64,000 nucleotides of DNA, from NCBI RefSeq assembly GCF_001194135.2, contig NC_068990.1:65096397-65160396 (forward strand). Direction: 5' to 3'. Positions 13,301 to 26,700 of the stretch are shown here, in pieces; position 1 is the stretch's first letter; the number at the start of each line of letters is the position of its first letter. The notes under the pieces were generated by a model that did no database searches, was not told the DNA's origin, and saw nothing but the letters and a program-made list of their open reading frames with translations. Position numbers and translations under genes: made by a program. The stretch is from Octopus bimaculoides (lineage: Eukaryota).

Positions 13301-16300
13301 AACTATCTTTTTACAGATTTTGTCTGCACTAGGGATTTATTTATTAACATACTTTATTCTACAATTAAAATATGATATTCCACTGGAATATGAATTTTGA
13401 TAGTTTTTAATTCATTGAAATGATAATAACTAAATATATTTTGTTCTATTGGTATTGGTTATTTGTAAATATGAAGTACTGACTAATGCATCATAGAAAT
13501 GGAAGCTTCCAGAATCATTTTATTCTTATGAAATGAAATCAAATGTTTAGTTTTATATTTCATTTCCACCAATTGATTTTTGTGAAATTTGAGAAAAATC
13601 TTATGCATTTAACCTAAATTAACATATTTGTATATGCAATTTACTGGTGAATTTTAAAATCAATTTGATGTAAAATGCTTCAGTATTTTGAAATCTTATG
13701 CATTTAACTGAATCATGCATTTATTTGGCATTAAGTTCAGCAGAACCAACTGTATTATGATTTTTTTTTTTGTAGGTTTCTGGTTTGATTGTACAAGATT
13801 ATTCCCACCAACACAGCCACTGGAATTCAGTCAAATCACTCTCCCAGTGGCTTAAAGAAGACGAAATACCTGCCTTGTATGGTATTGACACCAGGATGAT
13901 AACAAAGAAAGTTCGCGACATGGTAAGGAGTTCCCAATATATATATCATCATGATTACAGTTTCAGTGTCCACTTTCACATGTTTAACATGGATCAAGTG
14001 AAAGTTGTTGAAGCAGATTTTCTACAACCAAACGTTCTTCCTGTCACCAACCTTCAATTCATGTTTTTAATGGAAGACTGATAATGAATGATACTTCTTG
14101 TATGATAATGACACAACTATCACATAATGTCAGGACAAGAAGACACACATGCACACACTTTCTCACATACATGACAGATTTCTTTTAGTTTCCATCTACC
14201 AAATCTACTCACAAGGCTTTGGTTGACCTAGGGCAAGTATCTTCTACTATTAGAAGTCCATGGTGCCACACAGTGGGATTGAAACCAAACCCATGCATAG
14301 ATCTGCAGTTGTTCATGCTGCTCTGGCTGGCTGGCTGGCTCTTTTAAAGGTTCAGTTTTTGTTTTTTTTGCATTAAAGCCATGTGTTATAACAACAGTTT
14401 CTGAAGTAGGAAATAGTTCGCATTTATTTGGTATTTCTTTGATGAGTAAATTACTTTTATAGTTAAGTCTTCATGTATCTGTATGTTGATCTTAAAATAT
14501 AAAGAATTACTTTGTAAGAAACTAAGACAGAAAAACTGTGTATAAAGTGTATCTCTGTATATGTATTAAAATGTTATTTTCAAGAGTAAATTCTGAACTG
14601 TGTCTTCAGTTTTCACTATTTGTTTTAAAAATCATATAGGGCACAGTCTTAGGAAAGATTGAATTTGAAGATCAGCCTGTGGAATTTATTAATCCAAATA
14701 CTCGAAACCTGATGGCAGAAATCTCAACAAATGTAAGTTTCTATAGTTTTTCTTTTTTTTTTGACAGGGTGGAGTTGAAAATTGTTATTGCTGTTTTTTT
14801 TTGTTTTTTTTTTGTTTTTTTTTTTAATATTTGGATAGTGAAATTATCATCATTGTTATTAGTGTAGCCAAATTAGAAGTAATTAAAATGGTATACTTTA
14901 CAATATTAAATGTTTAGTATGTCATTGCTTTGGACTAAAATCATTTAATCTTTACATTATGGGTTTGTTGAAACAAGCAGTAGTAAGATAATTGGATCTC
15001 ATTGACTGAACATATCACCCTAAAGAAACAACTTCTAGTTAGATAAAATAATAATTATAATAATAATTATTATAATAATAGTTTCTAATTTTGACACAAG
15101 GCAAGAAATTTCAGGAGTGGTGTAAGTCAATTACATCAACTCCAGTGCTCAATTGGTACTTATTTTCTCAACTCCAAAAGGATGAAAGGTAAATAATAAT
15201 AACAATAATAATAAAGGTTTCAAATTTTCACACAAAGTCAACAATTTTGAGGGTACAATATTTTTATCAATCCCAAAAGGATGAAAGGCAAAGTTGATCA
15301 TATAAAAGCATATAAAAATAATAATTACAAGGGTTGACAAAAGAATTGAGGACAATACAAGACAGTACAATGTGAAATTACATTAAAAGTGTAAAAGAGG
15401 GGAAAATACAAACAAAAGAAGTAGATGGAGAAACCAACGAAGGTTGTTTGTGGAAAACTCACAAAACTATGGTTACCCTGACCACTAACACAAGTACCCC
15501 CTCTCAAGTATCCTTCTCCAATCTACCTGTACATGATCAGAACTGGCCCTAGCCCTTTCACTTGTGCCTTGCTCAACATCCTCGTTTCTTTTCTGCAAAT
15601 TTGCTAGGAGGCAGTACTTTCCTCTTCCACCCACACTTTCTTTTTAAAAAGTTAATGTGGGCTTGGCCAAAGAAGATGGTGTGCATCTTCAGTCCTTTCA
15701 GTCACTTCCACCACTCAACATTTTTTATCAAAGCCACTGCATCAGTTAAATAAAGACTGCCTGCTCTCTCTGGCTAAAGAAATGCGGCAGTCAGGACAAT
15801 GTTCACAGCCCCAGCACACGTCTGTTCATCATCAGCCATGGTATACCAGTCCTCAGTGTAGCAAGTACTGACAGCAAATGCAATGCCTGATCAGGTTGAA
15901 CCCATCACTTCCATGAAAATCAAAAGAGCAGACAATCCAATTTGTTCAGATTTGAACTGGGGCTAGGCACAACAGTCAAGTGGTAAGAGATGTAGGCATT
16001 TGTTATTGCTGCCCGACCAGTCAGAGATAGCTTCTTTTTGGCCCATTTCTGAGTGCAACTGGCCACCCATAACTTACACAAAATTAAAATACACAAAATT
16101 AAAAATTTATACATACACGTGTGTGTGTGTGTGTGTTTGTATGTGTATACTATTGTAATATTAGGTTTTATCTTCTACCCAAATTACAGAGCAGTTTTTC
16201 AATTTTCCCATGTTATTACATATGTATGCTGTATGTTTTGAAGTTACCACATTTCCTATGAATATTCTGGCTTTGACTTTTGCTCCATTCTATAAAACTG

Positions 16301-17693
16301 ATCTAACGATTGTTTCATTTATTATAAAACTGTTTCATAGTTTCAATTGAACACTTTCCATTTTGAAGTTGATTTGATAACTAAATTATCATTTCTAAAA
16401 TTTACTTTATTGACATTTGAAAACAAAGTTTTAAAAAAAGAAAATATTCTAACAAAAGTGCTAGCTTAAGCATGGTGTACCTTACTATTGAAGAAGGAGT
16501 TGAAGGTAAAATAAAAGTAAATTGTAAACCTGAAATGGAAGCAATGAGGTGTTGAGAGGTGTTGATTCTATAGACATAAAGTACATATAAAAAAATGACA
16601 CAAACCAAATTGCACTCAAATGAAACCATGTAAGGGACAATTTAGTATTTTTTTATGTTTCATGTTCATTTTCAATGTGTGTGTGTATGTGTATGCACAT
16701 GCATGCATATACATATATTTCATTCAATGTAAAACTTCCATTGTCATCAAATCCCATTCTTATAATGTCTTTCACTTGTTGTTGATGGTAGTAATAGTGA
16801 TGATGATGATGATGATTAGGATATTATTTTGTTGTTATTTTCTCTAGGAAGTAAGATACTATGGAAAAGGGAACCCTTATAAGATTGTAGCTGTTGATTG
16901 TGGGATTAAGCACAACATGATTAGAAGTTTGATCAAAGTAAGTATATTTCAAAGTTTTTATCTTCTCTGTATGTATTCATTATTTTTCACTCATAAGGAG
17001 CACTATTTATCATGCAGTGTTTAGAAATGGTTAAAAAGTGCATCTATCTAGAATAATCCCAGCTTATAAGAAGACATGAAGTCAATATTTCAACTTAACC
17101 AGTGATCCTGCTTCTTAACCACAATAAGTTGTAGCTACTCGTCTATGGTTTAGTGAACTGAAAGTGGAATTTTTGAAATCACACTGATTTGTTTCTGGGA
17201 GTATTGGTACTTGGAAACCATTTTGGTCGTTGGTTAATCATATTGAATACTAATCCAGCAGCCCTTCAATATAACAGAAATAATCTTTGACTGAAATGAA
17301 TTTGTTCGTGTTTTGGGCGAAATGAAATGATGTAGATATGACGATTCTACTTTATGTTCAGTTAGTTATGGTTCTTGCACTCAAAATTTTAGGGATTTTT
17401 TTAACAAGTGCTTATCGCTATATGTTGAATGCACTGGTTCTTGTCCAATTTCTGAAGTACAGCAACATCAAGCCTAGATAGTACTTGGAAAACTTAGGTG
17501 CTGTAAGCATCTCACTTTTTTAAGGCACAGATGTTTCTGTGTGTTTAGAATCTTGCTTCCCAACCACATAGTTCCAGGTTCGGTCCCTCTGCATGGCACC
17601 TTGGGCAAGTGTCTTCTAACTATAGCCTCAGGTTGACTAAATCCTTGCAAGTAAATTTGGTAGATGGAAACTGAAAGAAACCCATTATATATA

Positions 17694-17738
<45 letters not shown>

Positions 17739-20700
17739 NNNNNNNNNNNNNNNNNNNNNNNNNNNNNNNNNNNNNNNNNNNNNNNNNNNNNNNNNNNNNN
17801 NNNNNNNNNNNNNNNNNNNNNNNNNNNNNNNNNNNNNNNNNNNNNNNNNNNNNNNNNNNNNNNNNNNNNNNNNNNNNNNNNNNNNNNNNNNNNNNNNNNN
17901 NNNNNNNNNNNNNNNNNNNNNNNNNNNNNNNNNNNNNNNNNNNNNNNNNNNNNNNNNNNNNNNNNNNNNNNNNNNNNNNNNNNNNNNNNNNNNNNNNNNN
18001 NNNNNNNNNNNNNNNNNNNNNNNNNNNNNNNNNNNNNNNNNNNNNNNNNNNNNNNNNNNNNNNNNNNNNNNNNNNNNNNNNNNNNNNNNNNNNNNNNNNN
18101 NNNNNNNNNNNNNNNNNNNNNNNNNNNNNNNNNNNNNNNNNNNNNNNNNNNNNNNNNNNNNNNNNNNNNNNNNNNNNNNNNNNNNNNNNNNNNNNNNNNN
18201 NNNNNNNNNNNNNNNNNNNNNNNNNNNNNNNNNNNNNNNNNNNNNNNNNNNNNNNNNNNNNNNNNNNNNNNNNNNNNNNNNNNNNNNNNNNNNNNNNNNN
18301 NNNNNNNNNNNNNNNNNNNNNNNNNNNNNNNNNNNNNNNNNNNNNNNNNNNNNNNNNNNNNNNNNNNNNNNNNNNNNNNNNNNNNNNNNNNNNNNNNNNN
18401 NNNNNNNNNNNNNNNNNNNNNNNNNNNNNNNNNNNNNNNNNNNNNNNNNNNNNNNNNNNNNNNNNNNNNNNNNNNNNNNNNNNNNNNNNNNNNNNNNNNN
18501 NNNNNNNNNNNNNNNNNNNNNNNNNNNNNNNNNNNNNNNNNNNNNNNNNNNNNNNNNNNNNNNNNNNNNNNNNNNNNNNNNNNNNNNNNNNNNNNNNNNN
18601 NNNNNNNNNNNNNNNNNNNNNNNNNNNNNNNNNNNNNNNNNNNATGGTGCATTTTATGTACCACCAACACAGAGGCCAGTCAGGCGGTACTGCCCACAGG
18701 TGTGCCATAGCTTTTGAAAATATAGGTGGGTTGGGCAATTCGGGTAGCAGAGTGATTGAAGGCTTCATTGGTATCATTGGAAAAAATCTGGGCATGGAAG
18801 TAAATGGATTCAGAAAAGTGGATAGAATTTTTCTCAGTGGGGTCGGGCTCAGGAGCGGGGTAAAATACTGAAAGAAATTAAGACAAATAATATAACTTGG
18901 ATGAAAAATTGATTAAAGCTTGTATCATCTATGTTGGAAGGAAAGTAGGCCTCGAACCAAATCATAAAAGAAGAAATGTTGCAAAAGTACCTTGATGGAA
19001 AAAAGAAGGGTAAAGCAATCAATGAACGAATTATGAAAACTTATTAACACCCTGGAATGAAACCGGGTGAAATCAGGAAGGAGAAATATCAGGAACTAGA
19101 TCTTAGGTATAGGGTCAAGAAAAAGGGGCTAAATGGCGTCCTTGAAGAGCTTAAACAGACAGAGAGATTATCTCTTTATAGATGAAGATCAGTTGCAATG
19201 GGAGGAGTAGAATCTCATAAGAATGGAAAAACAAACAACAAATGGGTTGTATCTAATAATGAAACTCTTTTAAGAGCATTCAAATCCCTCTGCAATGTTA
19301 AAATCATTGCCTCATTGAGCTCAGTTAAGTGCATCATCAAGTACAGGCTGAAAGGAGATGACCAAGCTAGTGTATATATGTTTATATGTATATATATGTA
19401 TGTGTATGTATGTATATGTAAATATACGTATTTTCGTTGTTCGAAAAATGTTCATTTTCTGTTTTCGTTTCTCATTGTGTTTAACGTTTTTTTTTATGTC
19501 CTGCACCCATATAAGCATGTATGTATACATATAGATGTAGGTATGTACATATATGTATGGATATATTCATATGTTTATATATTTTTTATATTATGTATGT
19601 ATATATGTATATGTATATATATATATGTTTATATATGTACATATGCATATATATGTTTATATTTAATGCTCTTAGCTTAGATTTTTGGAGCCAGTCAGAT
19701 TTGAACAGTCTCAAGCGTAACTGGCCGAAACTGTAAGGATAATGTGGAAACTTGACTGAGGAGAGAAGGCCACGATTGGCCCATCTTTGTTTTGTCCTGT
19801 CTGTCTTTTTGTTGCTTTTCTTGTCCATCTTTGTATCGTCTAACCATCTGGATGTTTTATTGTTGTCTGTTGTGTTCTTGTTCCAATTTTTGGATTTATA
19901 TGTAGGTGTGTGTGTGTATGTATATGTGTGTGTGTACGTACATATATCTGTGTGTGTGTGTGTGTGTGTGTGTATGTATATATATGTGTGTGTATGTGAT
20001 ATGTATATAGCTGAAATTTACAGAAAAACAAAAGGCGAAGACAGGTGTATGAACAACAAGCAGGTGTATTAGTTTGATGCTCAGGAATATATATATATGG
20101 TTCAAATGTACAAAAAAATAAAAGGCAGAGACAAGTGAGGGAACAATAAGCAAGTTGTATTAGTTTGACACTTAGGGAAAATGGGAAAGTCTTTGAGACT
20201 CTCTCTCTTTTTATTTATATACATATATTTAAGAAATATATATAGAGAGAGAGATTTGTGTGAAATTGGAGCCATGTGTCGGGACTGTTACAATGTTTAA
20301 CTTTTATTATCAAAAATATTAATCTGTTTCTTATAACTTTGCAGTTCCTGAATCAAAATAGACCAGAGCCTCTCTTTGGAATCTGTATGGGAAACCAACT
20401 GACTGCTTTAGCTGCTGGTGCTCAGACTTATAAGTTGGCACTTGGAAATCGGTAAGATGTGAATGTTTTTGTAGTTCACTCTCTTTTTCTCTCTTTTACT
20501 TGTTTCAGTCATTTGACTGTGGCCATGCTGGAGGACAGCCTTTAGTCGAGCAAATCGACCCCAGTACTTATTCTTTGTAAGCCTAGTACTTATTCCATCG
20601 GTCGCTTTTGCCAAACCGCTAAGTTACGGGGACGTAAACACACCAGCATCTGTTGTCAAGCAATGTTGGGGGGACAAACACAGACACACAAACATACACA

Positions 20701-23700
20701 CACATATATATATATGACGGGCTTCTTTCAGTTTCCGTCTACCAAATCCACTCACAGGGCTTTGGTCGGCCCGAGGCTATAGTAGAAGACACTTGCCCAA
20801 GGTGCCACGTAGTGGGACTGAACCTGGAACTATGTGGTTTGTAAGCAAGCCACTCCTCTTTAACTTATGGAATAAATTTGTTTTCTTTTCAACACCAAAC
20901 ATTCATTTGTATGTTTTGATTATTTTGTGTTATTTTTGTTGCATTTTAAATGTTTATTATGATTTGGGAGAGTTGTTAGAGCATTGAATAGAATACTTAA
21001 TGGTATTTGTTACAACTCTTTACATTCTGACTAAAAATCCTGCTCTGCTCAACTTTGCCTTTCATTCCTCAGGGGTCAATAAAATTAAGTACCAGTCAAA
21101 TACTAAGTTGATTTAGTCTACTTAACCCCACCCTTCAGACAATTACTGGTCTTCTTACCTAAATTAGAAACCATTATTAGTATTATTTTTTGTTATTAAG
21201 ATGGTGAGCTGGCAGAATTGTTAGCATGCGGAGCAAAATGCTTAGCAGCATTTCATCTGTCTTTATGCTCTGCATTCAAATTCTGCTGAAGTTGACTTTG
21301 CCATTCATCCTTTCAGTGTTGATAAAATAAGTACCAGTTACGCACTGAGGTTGGTCTAATTTATCTACCCCACCCCTAAAATTTCTGGCTTGTGCCAAAA
21401 CTTACAAGCAATATTATTATTGTTATTGTTTTTGTTATTATTGTTGATGATGATGCTGCTTTGTCAGTCATTGGGTATAATATTTCTCTGTAGTACATGA
21501 CTGACCATGCAATTGACATTTTATGATATATTCTATCATATATTATATTTTGCAAGGAATTTTCAGCACTGCAGCAACTATTCCTGATGGTCCAGTTGTG
21601 CTCTTTGCTTCATATCCTTAACTGTCCTTTCAATCATGTGGCTGTCAACTTTAAGAGCTGGTTCCTCTGATAGGTCTCATTTGGGTAGACTTTCTCTCCT
21701 TCAAATATTCTCTTTATTCCACAATCTCTTGAAGTAAAATACACAAACCTTTTTCTTCTCATTGTCAATGAAAGCAGTATCAATTAGCAGACACAGCTGC
21801 CCTAAAAATAGTTGGTAGCTTTTGTTACCTAGGTGACTTGTTCAGTTGTGGAGACAGATGTTCTAAAAGTATAGTAACCAGAATAATCACTCCTGCTGGC
21901 AACAAGGAGATAGGTTGTATGATACTTGTGCATGAAATTTTAGCTGAGTGGCATTTCTTATGTTTCAAATAATTTCTATTTTGATTCCATAGTCAGTAAC
22001 CAATAATCACTGAAATTGGTAAATAAAGAAATACATGTTGGTGTGCTACTACAAGTAGAGATTAATATTTTGTGCTGGATGGCAAGCTGGTAGAATCATT
22101 AGCATGCCCAGCTAAGCACTTGACAGCATTTCATCCATCTTTACGTTCTGAGTTCAAATTCCGATGGGGTTGACTTTGCCTTTCATCCTGAGGGGTCAAT
22201 AAAATAAGTTACCAGTTGAGCACTGGGGTCGATGTAATCAACTTACCCATTCCCTGAAATTGCTGGCCTTCTGCCAAAAAGTTTCAAACCAATATTTGGA
22301 GCTGGGTCCTTCATCTAAACCTCACTCTCTCATTCTCTCTTTCTCTCTCACTTTTTCTTTCAGTCATTCATGCACTGTACCTTTTTTATAATTTTGTTGT
22401 TTCATTTGTTTTATTTTCTTTTTTTTTTTTTGTTTTGTATCTCTCAGTGGCCATAACCAACCTGTTGTGAATGTTCTAACTAACCAGGCATTTATCACAT
22501 CACAGAACCATGGCTTTGCCATTGATAGTAGTTCTCTGCCAGAAGACTGGAATGTTTTGTTTGTCAATGCCAATGACAAAACTAATGAGGTTAGTTTAAT
22601 AAATGAAAAATCCAATCTAAACAACTAATGAACTATAAAAAGAATTTTCATGAGGACAGAGACACACAACAGGGTGGACAAGTGACTCTAATAGTTAAGC
22701 CTGTATCCTATAATCTTGTGTGTTTTGTGAGACATGACTTTAATCCTTTTTGCCATGTAATGTGTTTAGAAAAGGTAGCATGGTGGAACAAGTTTTTCTC
22801 AAACTAAAACTCATGTGAAAATTTGAACCACACATTACAAGATAATGAAAAACTTGCCAGTTATGTTAAAAGTTGAGTGTTTTTACATGAAGACAAAATA
22901 TTGCTTATAATAGGGGTTGAAGGGTTGACTTTTTCCATCATTGGTCTACTTTCTATGAGTTGCCCTAATATGACTCTCTTACTGATATTGATGATTCATA
23001 AATACATTTTGGTCCATTTAATCTCATGTCAAGTGTGATATTGGTGAAATATCAAACTAATATCATGGTGATGTTATCACACTACAAATATCACACACTA
23101 TATATATNNNNNNNNNNNNNNNNNNNNNNNNNNNNNNNNNNNNNNNNNNNNNNNNNNNNNNNNNNNNNNNNNNNNNNNNNNNNNNNNNNNNNNNNNNNNN
23201 NNNNNNNNNNNNNNNNNNNNNNNNATATATATATATATATATAAACACGTGTATGTATATACGTGTGTGTGTGTATGTGTGTGTGTGCATGTAAATATAT
23301 ATGTGTGTACACATACATTTATGTACATGTATGTACGTATTCATACATATATGTGTGTGTGTGTTTATATGTATTTTGATACGCACAGACACACTCATTG
23401 AGTTCCTTGCCTTCACTTGTTAGGTCTCCATCTACTTTTTTATTTTCTCTATTCATTTCCATCTCATTCTCTATCCTTTCAGTATACCACATTGCTTGCA
23501 TAACCAAAGGAGGATTACTAAGGCTGCCCCATATCCAGTAACCATTTCTATCACCTACCACCACAAACCATCATCCTCCCCTCCCTTGTGATTTTTTTGT
23601 TGATATTTACTACTCTTGCCATTACGATTTCTGTTGCTATTCTGTCAAGCCGCCCATGTTGTTCTTCTATTCCACTTCCTTACCAATCACTAGCATGTAG

Positions 23701-26700
23701 CTATTACTCTCTCTTTTTTCTTATCTCTCCCACCTCCTGCCTTCTCTTTGTTCTTCTTTTCACACTTTCAATCCTGTACATCAGAAACTCTCTAAAGTAA
23801 AAAGGGCCCCTTAGTCCAGTAGTTCTCAACCAATTTTTGCCTACGGATCCCTTTTGATTTCTATTTTCTTTGGATGGACTGATATAGCCATTCAATGTTT
23901 AAAAATCATATTATACTTTTATAATTAAATATTAATAAGAAATTGTATTAAAAAATTGTTAAAATATTTTTATGTATTGTAGAAGTATAAATAATTTATT
24001 GCACATAAATTTTAACAACAAAATCTTATATGGACCTCCACGGGCCATACGGACTCTAGTTGAGAAACATTGTCTTTGTCTCATAGGGTTGCAAGACAAC
24101 TTACCATAAAAGCCCATGTAATTTATGCACATTTTTTGCAAAAATAAAAATAAACTTTAGGGTGTGTGTAAATTACATGAGTAGATCGTTTCCAGAATTT
24201 TTCTTGTTGAAAAAACATACAAAACGTAAACATTCATACTGGAAGTTAACTCATTTAATGTCAGAATAGGTTTTTACAGAAAAAAAATAATGGCTTAAAT
24301 ATAATGAAGCTGACTTTTATTTATGCTGGATGGTATAATGCTTACTTTTTCTGTATAAATTTACTAAAGCCGTTAAATGTTTAACTCCTTTTTGAAGTCT
24401 GACGTCCATGCTGTTAAACACGGTCCAGGACATATTTTACATTGCTTGAAATTTCTACCTATCGCAGTAGAGCACCATTGATATACCTAGTGATACAGAT
24501 ATTCCTGACTGTAAAAAATTTAATGACATGGATAATCTTGATTGTATGTAACATATGGTATAATTATAAACAAGGCAAATTTTTAGCCATTTCTCCGCAG
24601 ACTGTAAAAAAAAAGATGAACAGCCTTAATCGATTTTCGAACTTTATTGTATTCTCATCAGAAGCATCTACATCATTCTGACAGTCTCCAGAGAAACAAG
24701 CAGCCAAACTGTTTATATACTCAACAAATGCAGCAGTTACTCTATGAAGGAGTCCCTAATTTGCATACCGAAAGTGTTTAACACTCCATAAATTCCAGTG
24801 GCTTGTCAAAGGGGATCTTAGTCTGTACAGTATCAAGATATGATATAATATACATGTAACATATGGTATAATTATAAACAGGGCCAATTTTTAGCCATTT
24901 CTCTGCTGACTGAAAAAAATGATGAACAACCTTAATCAATTTTCAAACCTTATTGGGTTCTCATCAGAGGTGTCTACATCATTCTGACAGTCTCCAGAGA
25001 AACAAGCAGCCAAACTGTTTATATACTCAGCAAATGCAGCAGTTACTCTATGAAGGAGTCCCTAATTTGCATACCAAAAGTGTTTTTATTTTTGTCTGTT
25101 TATTACAAGGTGCAGTTTTAAGTTTGTTGTACTATTTACGCCAATTTCAAACATTGGCGTTATTAACATTAAAATGCCTTCCAGCAGCTCTATTGCCACA
25201 TTCAAATGTATATTCAGCATATTTAATTTCTCCTTCGCAGTAAACAATTCATAAGTTCTGCCCGTACTGACAATAATGGTAATGACGAATTTTAAAGTTT
25301 GCTTGACATTTTATAAGTGTGGAAGGGATTAAAATTTCAATACTCCATATCAAAGGTTCCGACAAGAATAGACAGAAAAGAATTTTGTTTACACAATCAG
25401 TTTGATCAGTCACCTTTCTCTGTCGGTTGAGTAAAGTGTCATCCAAGCTGATGTTTATTTGCTAATTAAACTTAATTTGCAACACCTGTGTGTATTTATC
25501 AACTCTGTGTTTGTTGGTAATTCTTATCAATAACTTTTCCTGTGATCGTGATTCGAGAAGACATACAGCAGTATGCTAAAGATAGGACATAATCTCTTGT
25601 GGGCAGGAAAGGTAAAATAAAGTTTATTATAAACAACACAATTGTAATTTAATAGCTTTCAATGTGATACGTGTTAGACAGAAATTATTTTTATTTAATG
25701 AAAATTTAATAAAATTTAATCATAAGTAAGTGAAATTTTGCTAAATACAACTAAATTGAAAACCTTTTTCCCTGGCCATATCAGCAATTCTGAAAACTTG
25801 TGGGTGCAGATTTTACATGAGTAAAAGCTTTTTAACAAATTTTATCCTGTGTAATTTACGCAAGTGATTTTCAAGATAAAATCTGCAGGGGTCAGTGATA
25901 GGAAGGACATCCAGCCATAGAAACTATGCAAAATATGGAATGAACATGTAAGTTGTTGACCTCTGACCCATCTAGGAGAACAGTAACTTTAAATAAGAAC
26001 TGACTTGGACTGTGATAACTCTAACTCATGCCAGCAAAAAAAAGCAAAGACATAAATATTGATAATGATAATAATGTGTACACATAAGCATATATCCATC
26101 TTTCAGGGTTTCAGTTTGTGTTGCTTCCTACTAGAAATGACATAACAAACACCAATTACATATAGAGAACAATTAAAACATTTCTAATTTTTGATCTTGT
26201 GCAAATGTTAGAAATTATTTTCCTTACTCTTCATCATCCTCCTCATACTCCTTCACCCCATCATCATCATTATCATCATCATCATCATCATCATCATCAT
26301 TATTATAACTATTATTCTTTCAGGGTATTATGCACAAATCACGTCCTATATTTACGGCCCAGTTCCATCCTGAAGCTTGGGGAGGTCCAACAGATACAGA
26401 GGTAATTTTTGCTTTGTTGTTCCTTGCTTCATTATTTTAAGATCTGCAGCTGGTAGCAACACTTCATAATGGCTTCTATTTTATAGTTTTCGAATTGTGA
26501 ATTTTGTCTGGCATTTTGTCTTCCACTGATCATAACCATTTCTTTTTTTTTTTTTGTTACAATGGCTTCTACCTAATTTTTCTGACTTAAAATTTTGTTA
26601 TCAGTAACTTAACATATTCACAACATTCACTGGTAATAGTCCTGTGAACTATATATAATAGAACAAAGCAGGTAAATGAAAGTTTATTTGTTTGTTATGT

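Larger units (their letters stand above)
24546..25085 (-). repeat. Tandem duplication, ~306-nt period, Penelope pLTR/retrozyme-like
   Basis: 24546-24779 and 24854-25085 are high-identity copies separated by a 74-nt spacer; each carries an octamer, a TATA box and a hammerhead on the minus strand. Confidence 0.9.

Noticed and set aside
17474-18871. Long ORFs of 338-398 aa (also at 52961-53710 and 58833-59579)
   Set aside because: Artefacts of translating through N-runs
19690-19770. GCCAGT/ACTGGC helix followed by CGAAAC, hammerhead-like
   Set aside because: No CUGANGA upstream and no helix I/III; the downstream CTGAGGA has no partner GAAA
26199-26405. Poly-His ORF
   Set aside because: (CAT)n microsatellite in front of the exon 10 acceptor, read in a non-CPS frame
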